Below, one piece after another: positions 44,638-53,725 of a DNA stretch of 54,473 nucleotides (position 1 is the stretch's first letter; every line of letters starts with the position of its first letter). The stretch is from Elusimicrobiota bacterium (GTDB taxonomy: Bacteria; Elusimicrobiota; Elusimicrobia; UBA1565; UBA9628): assembly GCA_038059415.1 (NCBI GenBank), contig JBBTJN010000007.1:1-54473 (forward strand), read 5' to 3'. A model generated the notes under the pieces. It saw nothing but the letters and a program-made list of their open reading frames with translations. It searched no databases and was not told the origin of the DNA. Both the position numbers and the translations under genes were made by a program.

Positions 44638-45570
44638 ATGGCACGAAGATCCCAGGCCAAAGACGAGGCCCGCCGGGTCCAAATCGCTTTCTACAAGTGG
44701 GAGTACCTCCGCCGCAACGACGGCTACCGCCAGCACTACGATGAGCTCATGGACCGATACGGCAAGGTCCTGAAGCGGGCGGGCTACCCTCACTCCGACT
44801 ACACGAAGTCCCTGAACGAAGAGCTGCTTGGACGGTTGGGCAATCTGCACTTCATCTGGCGGGTCAACTTCATGAAGGACCCGGACATGACGCTGCCCCT
44901 GGACGCCCTGCTCCGCCAGGGTGACAAGGCCTGGGCCAGGAACCCTTTCTGGAATGAGTACGGGTTCTCGATTCTCGCGGATACTGAGGTCATATCGCCA
45001 GACGTGATCCGGTTCAAGAACCTTTCTGTGGATTTCCGTTTGGACAAGGATTGGTTCCCGCTCGCGATCAACCTTGAGGCGGAGCCTAAGACTCTCGAAC
45101 AGCCGCTCATGAGGCTCTTAAAGCAGGTCCGCCTTGCCCGCAAGGTTCAAGCCTCGGGAGCCAGGCGCCGGCTCGGCATCCAGAAGATCGAGCCCGGCAA
45201 GGACTTCGCAGGGTTCAAGGATTACATCCTAGTGTGGGAAGCCATGCGTGATCTCGGTATCCGGGGATACATACAGCCCGATGGGACGTGGAAGCGTCTT
45301 CTGGGGAAGAGCAAGCCTCCGCGCTTTAAGACGTGGGGGGCACTCGCCGGCCATTTCCTCCAGGGGAAGTGGCCAGCCAAACATAAACCCGCCCCTGAAG
45401 AGTTCCTTACCCGCGATGAAGCTGTGATGCTCGCCACGAAGGTGGGTTGGCTTTCAGGCGCAGATGCGTCATTTCAGAAGATGGATCGTGATGTCCTCCG
45501 CCGTGCCCGCCGTGCCACCTCCCAGGCGGTCCTTCTCATCGACAAGAAGGGCTACCAGAACATCTCCTAG
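44638..45570 (+). CDS. Protein with an N-terminal transcriptional-regulator-like domain (DUF6499/RovC-like)
   Basis: FYKWEYLRRNDGYRQHY resembles the WE(Y/F)LRRNP.Y motif seen on integrative elements. Confidence 0.45.
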   Translation: MARRSQAKDEARRVQIAFYKWEYLRRNDGYRQHYDELMDRYGKVLKRAGYPHSDYTKSLNEELLGRLGNLHFIWRVNFMKDPDMTLPLDALLRQGDKAWARNPFWNEYGFSILADTEVISPDVIRFKNLSVDFRLDKDWFPLAINLEAEPKTLEQPLMRLLKQVRLARKVQASGARRRLGIQKIEPGKDFAGFKDYILVWEAMRDLGIRGYIQPDGTWKRLLGKSKPPRFKTWGALAGHFLQGKWPAKHKPAPEEFLTRDEAVMLATKVGWLSGADASFQKMDRDVLRRARRATSQAVLLIDKKGYQNIS

Positions 45571-45638
45571 TCCCCGGCCCACGGAAGGGGACCCCCAGCG
45601 TCGGTCGTAGTTCTCCAGCCATCCAGCTATCCTTGTTC

Positions 45639-47492
45639 ATGAGGACCATGGACATGGATACCAATAACGAACCGCTGAAGACTCTGGAGATAGACCTGTT
45701 CGCCTCCATATACCAACTCGCTGCTGAGCACAAATGGTCCAAGGAGACGGTCGAGGCTCTGATCACAAAGGCGCGCAGCTATCTCAATGCCCTCTCGCCT
45801 GAGCCGGCTCAATGGGATGTCGCCCCGTACTATCGCGTCGGCGACCTGTGCAACTTGGACCTGATCGGGAAAGTGGTCAAGGTTCGAGCTGCCATCTCCT
45901 ATGTGAGCGATCCGCTGATCGTTTGGCGCGATGACTTTCGCACCCTTTGCATCAACCTGACCTTCCAGGATCCGTCTGATGGAAACCGCATCGCCTCGAC
46001 GGCGGTCACTTGGACTCCGCTGATCGACAAGCTCCGCCAATACCGGAAGAAGCATACGGTCTACGACATCCTCGGGTCCGTTTACGATCTGCCGATTGAT
46101 GACTCAGGGCACGTCTGCGAGTTCAGACTGTCGGTCTACGACATCAAGCCCTCAACGACGCCGCTTCAAATGATTATGGCCTGTCAGGAGGAGATCCTGG
46201 CCACCCAGCAACTCGTGGAGACGCTCAAGAGTCGGAAGCAGCCCATCTTCGACTTCCTGTTCTCTGAGGCAATCCGGGCTCGTGCCGTCCACGGATTGGA
46301 CAAGGCCACCCTGTTACGCGATACCCTCCAGTTCGTTGTCCTGCAAGCTGCTTCTGGGGGCGTTGTCCTTGGCGCCAGCGGGAAGCTCCACTCCTTAATA
46401 ATCGGTGCCCCTGCCGTGGGCAAGAAGCTCGCACGGGATGAGAGCAAGGAACTCAACCCGACATTCCAAGAGGCCCAACCGTCAAAGGTCACGGCGGCTG
46501 GGCTCTCGGCCACGACCTATTTCGAGAAGGGGGGCTGGCACTCCAAGCCCGGCTATATCCCGCTGGCACACCAAGGCGTGTTGGTCATCCAGGACTACCA
46601 CACGGTCCAGACTCAGAAGCAGAAGATTCAAGGGATCCTGTCGATGGCGATGGAAGACGGCATCGTGGAGGACAGCACGGCCGCCCGCGCCACCTACCTG
46701 GCTCAGACCGCCATTCACCTGGACTTGAACAAGTTGTCGGACCTCTCGCCGCACCTGCGCCACAAGCTTCACAGGCTGGATGACATCCGGATTCCAATGC
46801 ACCTGCTTTCCCGCTTCGACTTCATCGTGGATATTCCCCGTGACACTGCCCGGCAGATGGCGGTCGCCCTTGCGATGTATGACGGCTTGGGGTCCACGAG
46901 GGAACAAATCGAGGAACATGAAGGAGGGCGGCAACTCCGCCTCCTGATCGCCTATCTCCGCACCGTCCATAGCGAAGTCCACTTCCCGCCAGAGGTACGG
47001 GATTACATGAAGGCCAAGCATGGCGAACTGATGGAGATTAACCGGCTCCAGTTCGACCGCCTTCCTTGGCTCAGCGACTTCCAAACGAGGACTACGGTCT
47101 CCATTGCCAAGTTCACCGCCGCCGCCGCTCGTCTCGCTGACCGGTCGGTGGCCCAGAAGGAGGATGTCGATCTCATTCTCCCTTTCGTGGCGAGGAAGTA
47201 CGAGTTTCTGCAAAGCCTCCAGTCTCACCTCGTTGTCCCCGAATCGTGGGATGGCCGGCGTGACCTGCGGGATGTCCGTACCGCGTGGATTCTCCGGAGC
47301 TTCGCTGGCCGCAATGAGGTGAAGGTTTCTGAGATCGTGTCGGCCTCTAGCGAGCCCCTTGCCCGCAAGACGGTCTACAGGATTCTGGAAGAGTTGGTAT
47401 TGGAGGGCACAGTCAAGAGACTCGCCTACGGGTCCTATGATTTCAGTGCGGTGAAGAACGACGAAGGAGGTTCAAATGAGCCTGCTGATTAA
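45639..47492 (+). CDS. MCM-like AAA+ replicative helicase
   Basis: Walker A-like GAPAVGKK, Walker B-like GVLVIQDYH and arginine-finger block LSRFDFIV (MCM SRFD). OB-like N-terminal domain. The start is ambiguous (45633-45654). Confidence 0.7.
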   Translation: MRTMDMDTNNEPLKTLEIDLFASIYQLAAEHKWSKETVEALITKARSYLNALSPEPAQWDVAPYYRVGDLCNLDLIGKVVKVRAAISYVSDPLIVWRDDFRTLCINLTFQDPSDGNRIASTAVTWTPLIDKLRQYRKKHTVYDILGSVYDLPIDDSGHVCEFRLSVYDIKPSTTPLQMIMACQEEILATQQLVETLKSRKQPIFDFLFSEAIRARAVHGLDKATLLRDTLQFVVLQAASGGVVLGASGKLHSLIIGAPAVGKKLARDESKELNPTFQEAQPSKVTAAGLSATTYFEKGGWHSKPGYIPLAHQGVLVIQDYHTVQTQKQKIQGILSMAMEDGIVEDSTAARATYLAQTAIHLDLNKLSDLSPHLRHKLHRLDDIRIPMHLLSRFDFIVDIPRDTARQMAVALAMYDGLGSTREQIEEHEGGRQLRLLIAYLRTVHSEVHFPPEVRDYMKAKHGELMEINRLQFDRLPWLSDFQTRTTVSIAKFTAAAARLADRSVAQKEDVDLILPFVARKYEFLQSLQSHLVVPESWDGRRDLRDVRTAWILRSFAGRNEVKVSEIVSASSEPLARKTVYRILEELVLEGTVKRLAYGSYDFSAVKNDEGGSNEPAD

Positions 47493-48393
47493 GTATAGGC
47501 CCAAGACGTTGGGGGAATTCGTTGGAGCCAGTGCCCGGAAGGTCGCCATCAAGCTCTTGAAGCGTCGTTTGGCACAGCTCAAGGAGATCAGAGTGGGGGG
47601 CAGCCAAGTAATCATTGGGCAACCCCTTCTGATTGCCGTGATTGGAGACTTCGGTTGCGGGAAAACCTCGTTGACCCGCCTCTTTGGCAAAGGGCACTTC
47701 TGCTCCATGTCGGAGGAGTCCGGCCCCTGTGGTCCTTGCGCGGTTTGTCTGGGCTTCGAGGAGCAGTTCGACTATGGCAAGGGCTGTTTGGAGACCTCAA
47801 GGTTGGGCAGTCGGACGCCGACAACAAAGCAGAACGACATTTACTCGTTCCGGGTGCTGGATCTCGCCAATACCGATATCGATCAGCTGCGGGAACTCAT
47901 CAGCGTGATCGGGCCGTCCAATAAATTTATCCTCCCTACTTTCTGTCGGCAATTCCCCGAGGTCGTTATCCTTGATGAAGCTCACCGGGCGGACAAACAA
48001 ACGAAGCAGCAAGCACTGCTCGATGCCCTTTGTCACGGGCTGTTCAGCTCGGTGATTCTGAGTGTCGCCCGGGCTAACCTCCACATGATGGATGAGGCCT
48101 TCATGCAGCGCTTCACCCCGATCTACCTTGAGAAGCCCGAGTTTGGAGAGTTGGTCGCCTTCGCGGAAGGTGTCGCTGAGAAGGAGTCTGTCAGATTTGC
48201 CAATAAGTCCGTCGTCGAGGAACTGGTTGAAGGTGCCAATTCGGTCCCTCGCAATGTTCTGCGGTTGTTGGATATGGCAACGCTGGAAGACTCCGCCATA
48301 ACGTCGGCGTGGGTGGAAAAGATGCGCCTCCAGATTCAGCCGCCCCCGAGCGCTTTGAAAGTCGAAACAGACACAAGGAGGATGTTCCCGTGA
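47476..48393 (+). CDS. AAA+ ATPase, clamp-loader (DnaX/RFC)-like
   Basis: Walker A GDFGCGKTS, Cys cluster CGPCAVC and Walker B VVILDEAHRAD. GAAGGAGG RBS. Confidence 0.6.
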   Translation: MSLLIKYRPKTLGEFVGASARKVAIKLLKRRLAQLKEIRVGGSQVIIGQPLLIAVIGDFGCGKTSLTRLFGKGHFCSMSEESGPCGPCAVCLGFEEQFDYGKGCLETSRLGSRTPTTKQNDIYSFRVLDLANTDIDQLRELISVIGPSNKFILPTFCRQFPEVVILDEAHRADKQTKQQALLDALCHGLFSSVILSVARANLHMMDEAFMQRFTPIYLEKPEFGELVAFAEGVAEKESVRFANKSVVEELVEGANSVPRNVLRLLDMATLEDSAITSAWVEKMRLQIQPPPSALKVETDTRRMFP

Positions 48394-48806
48394 AAGAAAA
48401 GAATCCGAAGGAGGCGTGGCGAAGACACGCCAAGATACACGGCATGCAGGTTAAGTTGCCCAAGGGAGGCCGCCCCTGCTCCGAGGTAACCGAGGCCGTC
48501 GCTCAAGCCATGGCGCGTCTGCCATACAAGCAGGGCAAGCACCGTGCAGTTCGTTCTGCCATTGTCTTTGAGTTTGTCTATGAGGACGGCACCGTCTTCT
48601 CGGTAGTAACTGAGAACCGTGCCGTTCCATTTCCCAGCACTGTACGTGGTGCCTGGTTGGAGAAGGATGGCTCCCCGGTCCTGATGGGGAATTTCTCCTG
48701 CTGTCTGAACGGTAAATTCCGCCGCGCTTTGGAAGGCGGAGAACCCGCCTTTTTCTATAGACCCGTGCGATTCGAGAAGAGGGGCGAGTATGGGGTGCGA
48801 CAGTAG
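48390..48806 (+). CDS. Hypothetical protein
   Basis: GTGA overlap with the upstream stop. AAGGAGG lies 8 nt upstream. Confidence 0.45.
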   Translation: MKEKNPKEAWRRHAKIHGMQVKLPKGGRPCSEVTEAVAQAMARLPYKQGKHRAVRSAIVFEFVYEDGTVFSVVTENRAVPFPSTVRGAWLEKDGSPVLMGNFSCCLNGKFRRALEGGEPAFFYRPVRFEKRGEYGVRQ

Positions 48807-48919
48807 CAGGCAGGGTCTGACCAATGAGTTATTTCACGAAGAATAATCGCATCAGTTGTCTGCCAGGGCTAGCCGTCAGTCGCTTCCGACCGACACGCCG
48901 GGCTGCGGGGAGGAATGTT

Positions 48920-49612
48920 ATGGGCTCAACAAGCGCCATCGAATGGACAGACGCGACCTGGAACCCGTGGCATGGCTGCACTCGGGTATCTCCCGGTTGC
49001 TTGCACTGCTACATGTATTCGGACAAGCGCCGCTTCGGTCAAGATCCTACCGTCGTGGTCCGAAGCAAGACTCGCTTCCGCGAGCCGCTCAAGTGGCACG
49101 AGCCCAAGCGGGTGTTCACCTGCTCGTGGAGCGACTGGTTCCATCCCGCAGCGGACCAGTGGCGCTCCGAGGCCTGGGAGATCATCCGAGCTGCGCCGCA
49201 TCACACCTATCAAATTCTTACTAAGCGGCCTGAGCTAATACCTGGCCGCCTACCTGAAGACTGGGGGAATGGCTGGCGCAATGTATGGCTCGGCGTCTCG
49301 GTGGAGAGCAGCGACTATGTTCAGCGCATCGACGCCCTGCGCAGAATCCCTGCGCAGGTGCGATACCTCTCCCTTGAACCTCTCCTTGGACCGCTACCCA
49401 ATCTGGATCTCCGAGGTATCGGATGGGTGATCGCCGGCGGTGAGTCTGGCGCTGGGTATCGAAGATGCAATGGGTTTTGGGTGCGGGACATCCGAGATCA
49501 ATGCGTGAGCGCGCATGTCCCGTTCTTCTTCAAGCAATGGGGAGGCTGGCAGCCCAAGGCACGCGGTCGTCTCTTGGATGGGCGGAAGTGGAGCGAGTTC
49601 CCCGTGGAGTAG
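48920..49612 (+). CDS. Phage Gp37/Gp68 family (DUF5131) protein
   Basis: IEWTDATWNPWHGCTRVSPGCLHCYM is the family signature. GGGGAGG RBS. Confidence 0.8.
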   Translation: MGSTSAIEWTDATWNPWHGCTRVSPGCLHCYMYSDKRRFGQDPTVVVRSKTRFREPLKWHEPKRVFTCSWSDWFHPAADQWRSEAWEIIRAAPHHTYQILTKRPELIPGRLPEDWGNGWRNVWLGVSVESSDYVQRIDALRRIPAQVRYLSLEPLLGPLPNLDLRGIGWVIAGGESGAGYRRCNGFWVRDIRDQCVSAHVPFFFKQWGGWQPKARGRLLDGRKWSEFPVE

Positions 49613-49614
49613 TT

Positions 49615-50025
49615 ATGAAAGCGAAGGGACAAGACGACGAGAGCAATCCGTATATCATCGATGGATGGAAGGGCTATGTGCCGGCTTTACCGGCTTTTAA
49701 GTCAGGCCACCAGGAATTCAAGCTGGTCTACGAGGATGGTCGCCTCATCGAATCGGTTGAGGTCCCTACCTCAGCGCCCACCGCCGCCGCCAGTTCGGCC
49801 CCGGGAGTCTTGCCAGTGCCTGCGGCTCCTCAGGATGGGTGGCTAAGCATGAGGCAGGCGGCTGGAAAGATGCGGCGTTCGTACTCCTGGTTTTCAAGGA
49901 ATTGGAGGGGGATGGGCTTTCACCCCACAGCTGGTCGTCCGCTGCTATTTGAAGAGAAGGAAATTGAGGGGTACTTGCAGGGACATCGAGTCCGGCGATC
50001 CCGAGGCAGGCCCAGAAAGGCGTAA
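49615..50025 (+). CDS. Excisionase-like HTH protein (candidate Xis/RDF)
   Basis: C-terminal WLSMRQAAGKM..GRPLLFEEKEIEGYL is HTH_17-like. The gene lies immediately upstream of the integrase. Confidence 0.5.
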   Translation: MKAKGQDDESNPYIIDGWKGYVPALPAFKSGHQEFKLVYEDGRLIESVEVPTSAPTAAASSAPGVLPVPAAPQDGWLSMRQAAGKMRRSYSWFSRNWRGMGFHPTAGRPLLFEEKEIEGYLQGHRVRRSRGRPRKA

Positions 50026-50031
50026 GAATTT

Positions 50032-51087
50032 ATGGCCAAGAAAGGTCCACGTAAACTTGAGGTTCCATACACGGGGAACGGGATGGTGCGCTTCGAGTAC
50101 CATCACAAGGAGAAGTATGTCCGTCGGCTAATTTCCCTGGACGCCCTCACGGAATTCCTGACGGGTCAGTCCAATCCAAGGTCAAATATGGGCGAGGGGA
50201 CCACGCCCGTTGAGCTTGAGGCGTTTATAAGCCAGGAATATTTGCCGCGGTGTGCCAGGCCGCGGTTTACGAATGATCGTTCTTATAACGCCGAGCGAGA
50301 TCTGGCCCATGCGCTGATTCGCACATTAGGCAAGATTCCTTTGCATGAGATCCGCTCCCGGCACTCCGAAGACCACAAGGACGGGCGGCTTGGGGCAGGG
50401 AGGGCCAATAACACCATCAAGAGGGAACTTCGTTGCCTCAAGCGCGTTTTAGATTATGCCGTCGCGAAGGGGCGCGTGCAGGAAAACCCGCTCCCGCCGG
50501 TGAGGGGGCTCACCTCTGCAACGCGAAGGGAAATCTGGTTGAATAAGGCTGAAATCGACAAGTTGGTCGGCTGCTGTCCCGATGAGCTTAAGCCCCTCGT
50601 GGAATTCTTGGTGTTGACGGGGGCTCGCATAAGGGAGGCGTTGGATTTACAAGAGGGTGATATCGATGTGGAGAAGGGCATCCTCCGCATCCCGACGCAG
50701 AAGAGACGAAGGTCGCCCCGTGCGGCGATGCGTAAATTCGAGATCGCGACGTTGGGGGGCAGATTCCAGCGGTTGATGGCGCAGATGGTTCCGCATCCTG
50801 AAACGAAGAAGTATTTCCACTTCGACAGGCACGGGGACATGTCGTATAGCTGGGTGAGCAAGCTGTTCCGAGAGGCGAGGAGCAAAGCGGGCTTCAAGGA
50901 CATAAAAATTCATGATTTAAGGGGCTCGTTCTGCATGCACAGGGCGGTCGTGGTTAAGGACTTCCGGACATTGCAGCAGGAGATGGGGCATGCGAGCCCA
51001 AGCTCCATTCAGAGTTATTTGGACAGCGCAGACCACCTGGATCGTGCGGATTCGATTTTCACGGACGAGGCGCCAGTTGGAGCCTAA
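50032..51087 (+). CDS. Tyrosine recombinase / phage-type integrase
   Basis: TGARIREAL (Arg), HDLRGSF (His-x-x-Arg) and GHASPSSIQSYL (His..Tyr). It is adjacent to a tRNA gene. Confidence 0.9.
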   Translation: MAKKGPRKLEVPYTGNGMVRFEYHHKEKYVRRLISLDALTEFLTGQSNPRSNMGEGTTPVELEAFISQEYLPRCARPRFTNDRSYNAERDLAHALIRTLGKIPLHEIRSRHSEDHKDGRLGAGRANNTIKRELRCLKRVLDYAVAKGRVQENPLPPVRGLTSATRREIWLNKAEIDKLVGCCPDELKPLVEFLVLTGARIREALDLQEGDIDVEKGILRIPTQKRRRSPRAAMRKFEIATLGGRFQRLMAQMVPHPETKKYFHFDRHGDMSYSWVSKLFREARSKAGFKDIKIHDLRGSFCMHRAVVVKDFRTLQQEMGHASPSSIQSYLDSADHLDRADSIFTDEAPVGA

Positions 51088-51104
51088 TTCCGGGTTGTGA
51101 TGGG

Positions 51105-51130
51105 GCAAAGGTTCCCCAAAGGTTCACACT
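51105..51130 (+). repeat. Right-arm repeats (CAAAGGTTC x2, CCCCAAAGGTTCACACT); candidate integrase arm-type sites
   Basis: Matches 16203-16218. GTTCCCGGG follows in both arms (51166 and 16243). Confidence 0.4.
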
Positions 51131-51229
51131 TTAATCCGGCGAGTTTCTTGTGTTGGCGGCGGTTAGTTCCCGGGGCATTTCTGAATTACCGTTACAGATA
51201 CTGGTAAAATAGAGTTCCCACCGATTTAG

Positions 51230-51316
51230 GGAGAGGTGGCCGAGCGGTTTAAGGCACCAGTCTTGAAAACTGGCGACGTGTAACAGCGTCCGTGGGTTCG
51301 AATCCCACCCTCTCCG
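51230..51316 (+). tRNA. tRNA-Ser (anticodon UGA), 87 nt with a long variable arm; CCA not encoded
   Basis: Manual fold. Acceptor GGAGAGG/CCTCTCC. Anticodon stem CCAGT/ACTGG with loop CTTGAAA. Variable-arm stem GACG/CGTC. T arm GTGGG-TTCGAAT-CCCAC. Confidence 0.9.
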
Positions 51317-51452
51317 CCGATTTTTCCATAGGAATTAAGGATGCTTGGGTCTTGGTGTGTTCGTAACCCTCACTGCGCGACTTTGCTGGATTCGGCGCTA
51401 TGGTGATCGTCACCACCTTCCTCGCCCCACCCCTGCTGAAGAAGTCCCTGTC

Positions 51453-52997
51453 TTAGGGGTGCTGGCCGCTGAAAAGCCCGCGCAGGTAGGCCCCGATCGC
51501 CGCCGCGTTCTTCTGGTAGAACACCGCCAGGGCGATCACGCCGACGCCGAAGCCCGCCATTCCGAAGTACGAGAACAGCGTCCCGCCGAACACGTCCCAC
51601 AATAGATAGCCGATATAGCTGAACAAAGCGCCCGCGCCGTAGACAGCAAAGCTCTTGCGGTCGATGATCGCTCCGAGAGCGATCAGAGCGGTTCCGCCGA
51701 GCGCGAAAACGAGCTTCGGCAGAACGAGATAGTTCCAGGCCAGCATGCCCGCGCCGAAAACCAAGGCGGTCAGGCCCGCGAGATAGACCCAGCGCGCGTA
51801 GTCCACGTCCTTAAAGCTGACATCGAGCCTGCGGCCGCCCACGATGAGCAGGGCGCCGAACGCCGAGAACAGCGCGGAAGGCCCGTAGGCATACGCGTGC
51901 GGCAGGCCGACGATGTCGGCGGCCATGCCCAGAAGAGCAACCGCCGCCGGCATCGCAAGAAAGCCGAAGCGGAAACGCTTCGCGGCGATCACCGCCGCGC
52001 CGACGGCCGCGAACTCGACGGCCAGGCGGACCGCGAAGGTATCCCAAGTCGCTCCCGCAAACGCCAAGCCGGCGGCGACGGACACCGGCGCCATCACCAC
52101 CGCCAAGGTCGCCAGCACGCCCGAGGCGACGGCAAAGCCCTTCTTCTGAAGGACGGACGCCCCGCCCCAGAACGCGATCAGATATGCCAGGCTCGCGGCC
52201 AAGGCCGCGCCTGTGCCGATCGTGGCCCAGGTCGTGGCGAGGAACAGCGCCATCGCCGTCATCACGATGCCACTGCCGACTTTGACGGCGGCAGTCACCA
52301 AGGCGTCCTTCTTCGGCGCGGGCGCGGGGATCTCGGGTGCCGGGGGAGTCGGCTCCTGGGCGGACGCGTTGCGTTCCGTCGAATGGGAAAGGCCCGCCCC
52401 GGGCTCGCTTTGGCCGGCCGGAACCTCTTGCGGCACGCGGCCGTGGCCGAGGGCGTCGGCATTGCGCTGCGCCAAGGCTAAGGCGGCCTCGCCGCGATAG
52501 ACCGCGGCCGTGACATCAGCGGCGTCCGCTTCCTCGCGCAAGCCCGCGACTTCGTGCGGAGCCATGTACAGAGCATAGTTCGCCGTGTAGCTCCTCAGCC
52601 CCTTGGCGCGGCCTTCCCAGGCGGCCGCCTCCGCGGGAGTCTTCTCCTTAACAAGAACGCTCGCCCCGGAATAGACCGCGCGGGAAGCCTCGATGAGCGC
52701 CTTCTCGAATTGCATGGCGGTCGGGACCGCTCCGGGGACAACCCCCAACGCAACCAGCGCGTCGGCCACGGGCGCCAAAGCCGGCGCGACCGCCTCCGTG
52801 TTCAAGCTTCCGCGCAGACCGGCGACCAAGCCGGGAAATCCGACCGCCGAGGCGGCGGGCGAATTCAGGAAGATTGAAATAGACGTGACCTGACCGGCCG
52901 ACACCGGGTTGGACCACGAGCCAGGCCCTTTCATCACCCCGGCGGAAACGGAAGCAGCGGCGAGCATAAGGGCGCAAAGGAAAGGGAGTGTGTTCAT
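51453..52997 (-). CDS. Polytopic membrane protein with a signal peptide and an Ala-rich N-terminal domain
   Basis: MNTLPFLCALMLAAASVSA, then at least 8 hydrophobic helices in the C-terminal half. Confidence 0.6.
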   Translation of the reverse strand: MNTLPFLCALMLAAASVSAGVMKGPGSWSNPVSAGQVTSISIFLNSPAASAVGFPGLVAGLRGSLNTEAVAPALAPVADALVALGVVPGAVPTAMQFEKALIEASRAVYSGASVLVKEKTPAEAAAWEGRAKGLRSYTANYALYMAPHEVAGLREEADAADVTAAVYRGEAALALAQRNADALGHGRVPQEVPAGQSEPGAGLSHSTERNASAQEPTPPAPEIPAPAPKKDALVTAAVKVGSGIVMTAMALFLATTWATIGTGAALAASLAYLIAFWGGASVLQKKGFAVASGVLATLAVVMAPVSVAAGLAFAGATWDTFAVRLAVEFAAVGAAVIAAKRFRFGFLAMPAAVALLGMAADIVGLPHAYAYGPSALFSAFGALLIVGGRRLDVSFKDVDYARWVYLAGLTALVFGAGMLAWNYLVLPKLVFALGGTALIALGAIIDRKSFAVYGAGALFSYIGYLLWDVFGGTLFSYFGMAGFGVGVIALAVFYQKNAAAIGAYLRGLFSGQHP

Positions 52998-53234
52998 GCG
53001 GGCATTCTATCGCGAAGCTCGGTTTATCCGTATGAAGCAAAGGTCCCATGGCCCGGCAGACAATGGCTCTAGGCGCCGGAGGGGCAATAGTCCTAGTCGA
53101 CGGGACGCGCCATCGCGCGAAGCTTGAGGCCGGGCGCCACCTCGACCACCGCTTCCACGCGGAAGGCCATGCGCTCCCAGAACGGGGCGGAGCTCGGGCC
53201 GCTCCTTCAACTGGGACACGACCGGGATAGAGGT

Positions 53235-53705
53235 TCAGCGCTGGTAAGTGCCCATCAGCCCGGCTTCGGCGAGCACGTGCCCCGAGAGCGAAGCGAGCAC
53301 TTGCGCCTTGGCGGCGCGCGGCTTGAGGCCGAGGACTTTGTCGAGCGCATAGAGCTTGAAGAAGTAGCGGTGCGGCTTGCCGGGCGGCGGCAGCGGCCCG
53401 TAGTAACCAAGCCGTTCGAACTGGTCCACACCCCAGCAGACACCGTGCTTCGATCCGCCAGGCCCCGTCTCGGTCTTCGATATTTTTTGGGGCAGTTCCA
53501 TTTGCGTCGCGGGAAGATCGTAGAGCACCCAGTGGACCCAGGTGCCGGCAGGCGCGTCGGGATCGTCCATGATCAACGCAAAGCTCTTGGTCGCCGCCGG
53601 CGCGTTCGCCCATCGCAGCGCGGGCGAGCAGTCCTCGCCATCGCCGGTATGCATCTTCGGGATTTGACCGCTGGATTGGAAGGCCGGGCTCGTCAAAGTC
53701 ATCAT
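53235..53705 (-). CDS. YbhB/YbcL-family PEBP (Raf kinase inhibitor-like) protein
   Basis: SPAFQSSGQIP, LIMDDPDAP, WVHWVLYDLP and GPLPPPG..HRYFFKLYAL. Confidence 0.85.
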   Translation of the reverse strand: MMTLTSPAFQSSGQIPKMHTGDGEDCSPALRWANAPAATKSFALIMDDPDAPAGTWVHWVLYDLPATQMELPQKISKTETGPGGSKHGVCWGVDQFERLGYYGPLPPPGKPHRYFFKLYALDKVLGLKPRAAKAQVLASLSGHVLAEAGLMGTYQR

Positions 53706-53725
53706 GGAGGTGTCCTCATCTGCGA

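Larger units (their letters stand above)
16067..51268. mobile_element. Integrative genomic island (~35.2 kb) in tRNA-Ser(UGA), carrying defence, cargo and replication modules
   Basis: 39-nt direct repeats at both ends, with integrase and Xis-like genes at the right end. Codon and GC usage is visibly different from the flanks, and many genes are phage- or plasmid-type. Confidence 0.85.

Noticed and set aside
45700-45722. CTCCATATACCAA inside the MCM-like gene (16 of 18 identity to the box at 39075) and CCGTATATCA inside the Xis-like gene at about 49648
   Set aside because: Both lie inside the best-supported reading frames with no in-frame start codon at the expected distance. They may be internal promoters or chance matches, so they are not called.
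53096-53190. Minus-strand fragment reading ..APFWERMAFRVEAVVEVAPGLKLRAMARPVD*
   Set aside because: It resembles a piece of a glyoxalase/VOC-type protein, but it is only about 38 codons and bounded by an upstream stop. It is a likely remnant and is not callable.
52648-53613. 321-aa minus-strand ORF, and the 201-aa + ORF at 53124-53729
   Set aside because: Both overlap the membrane-protein and PEBP genes in other frames or on the other strand. Their Arg/Ala/Gly-rich composition is a high-GC artefact.
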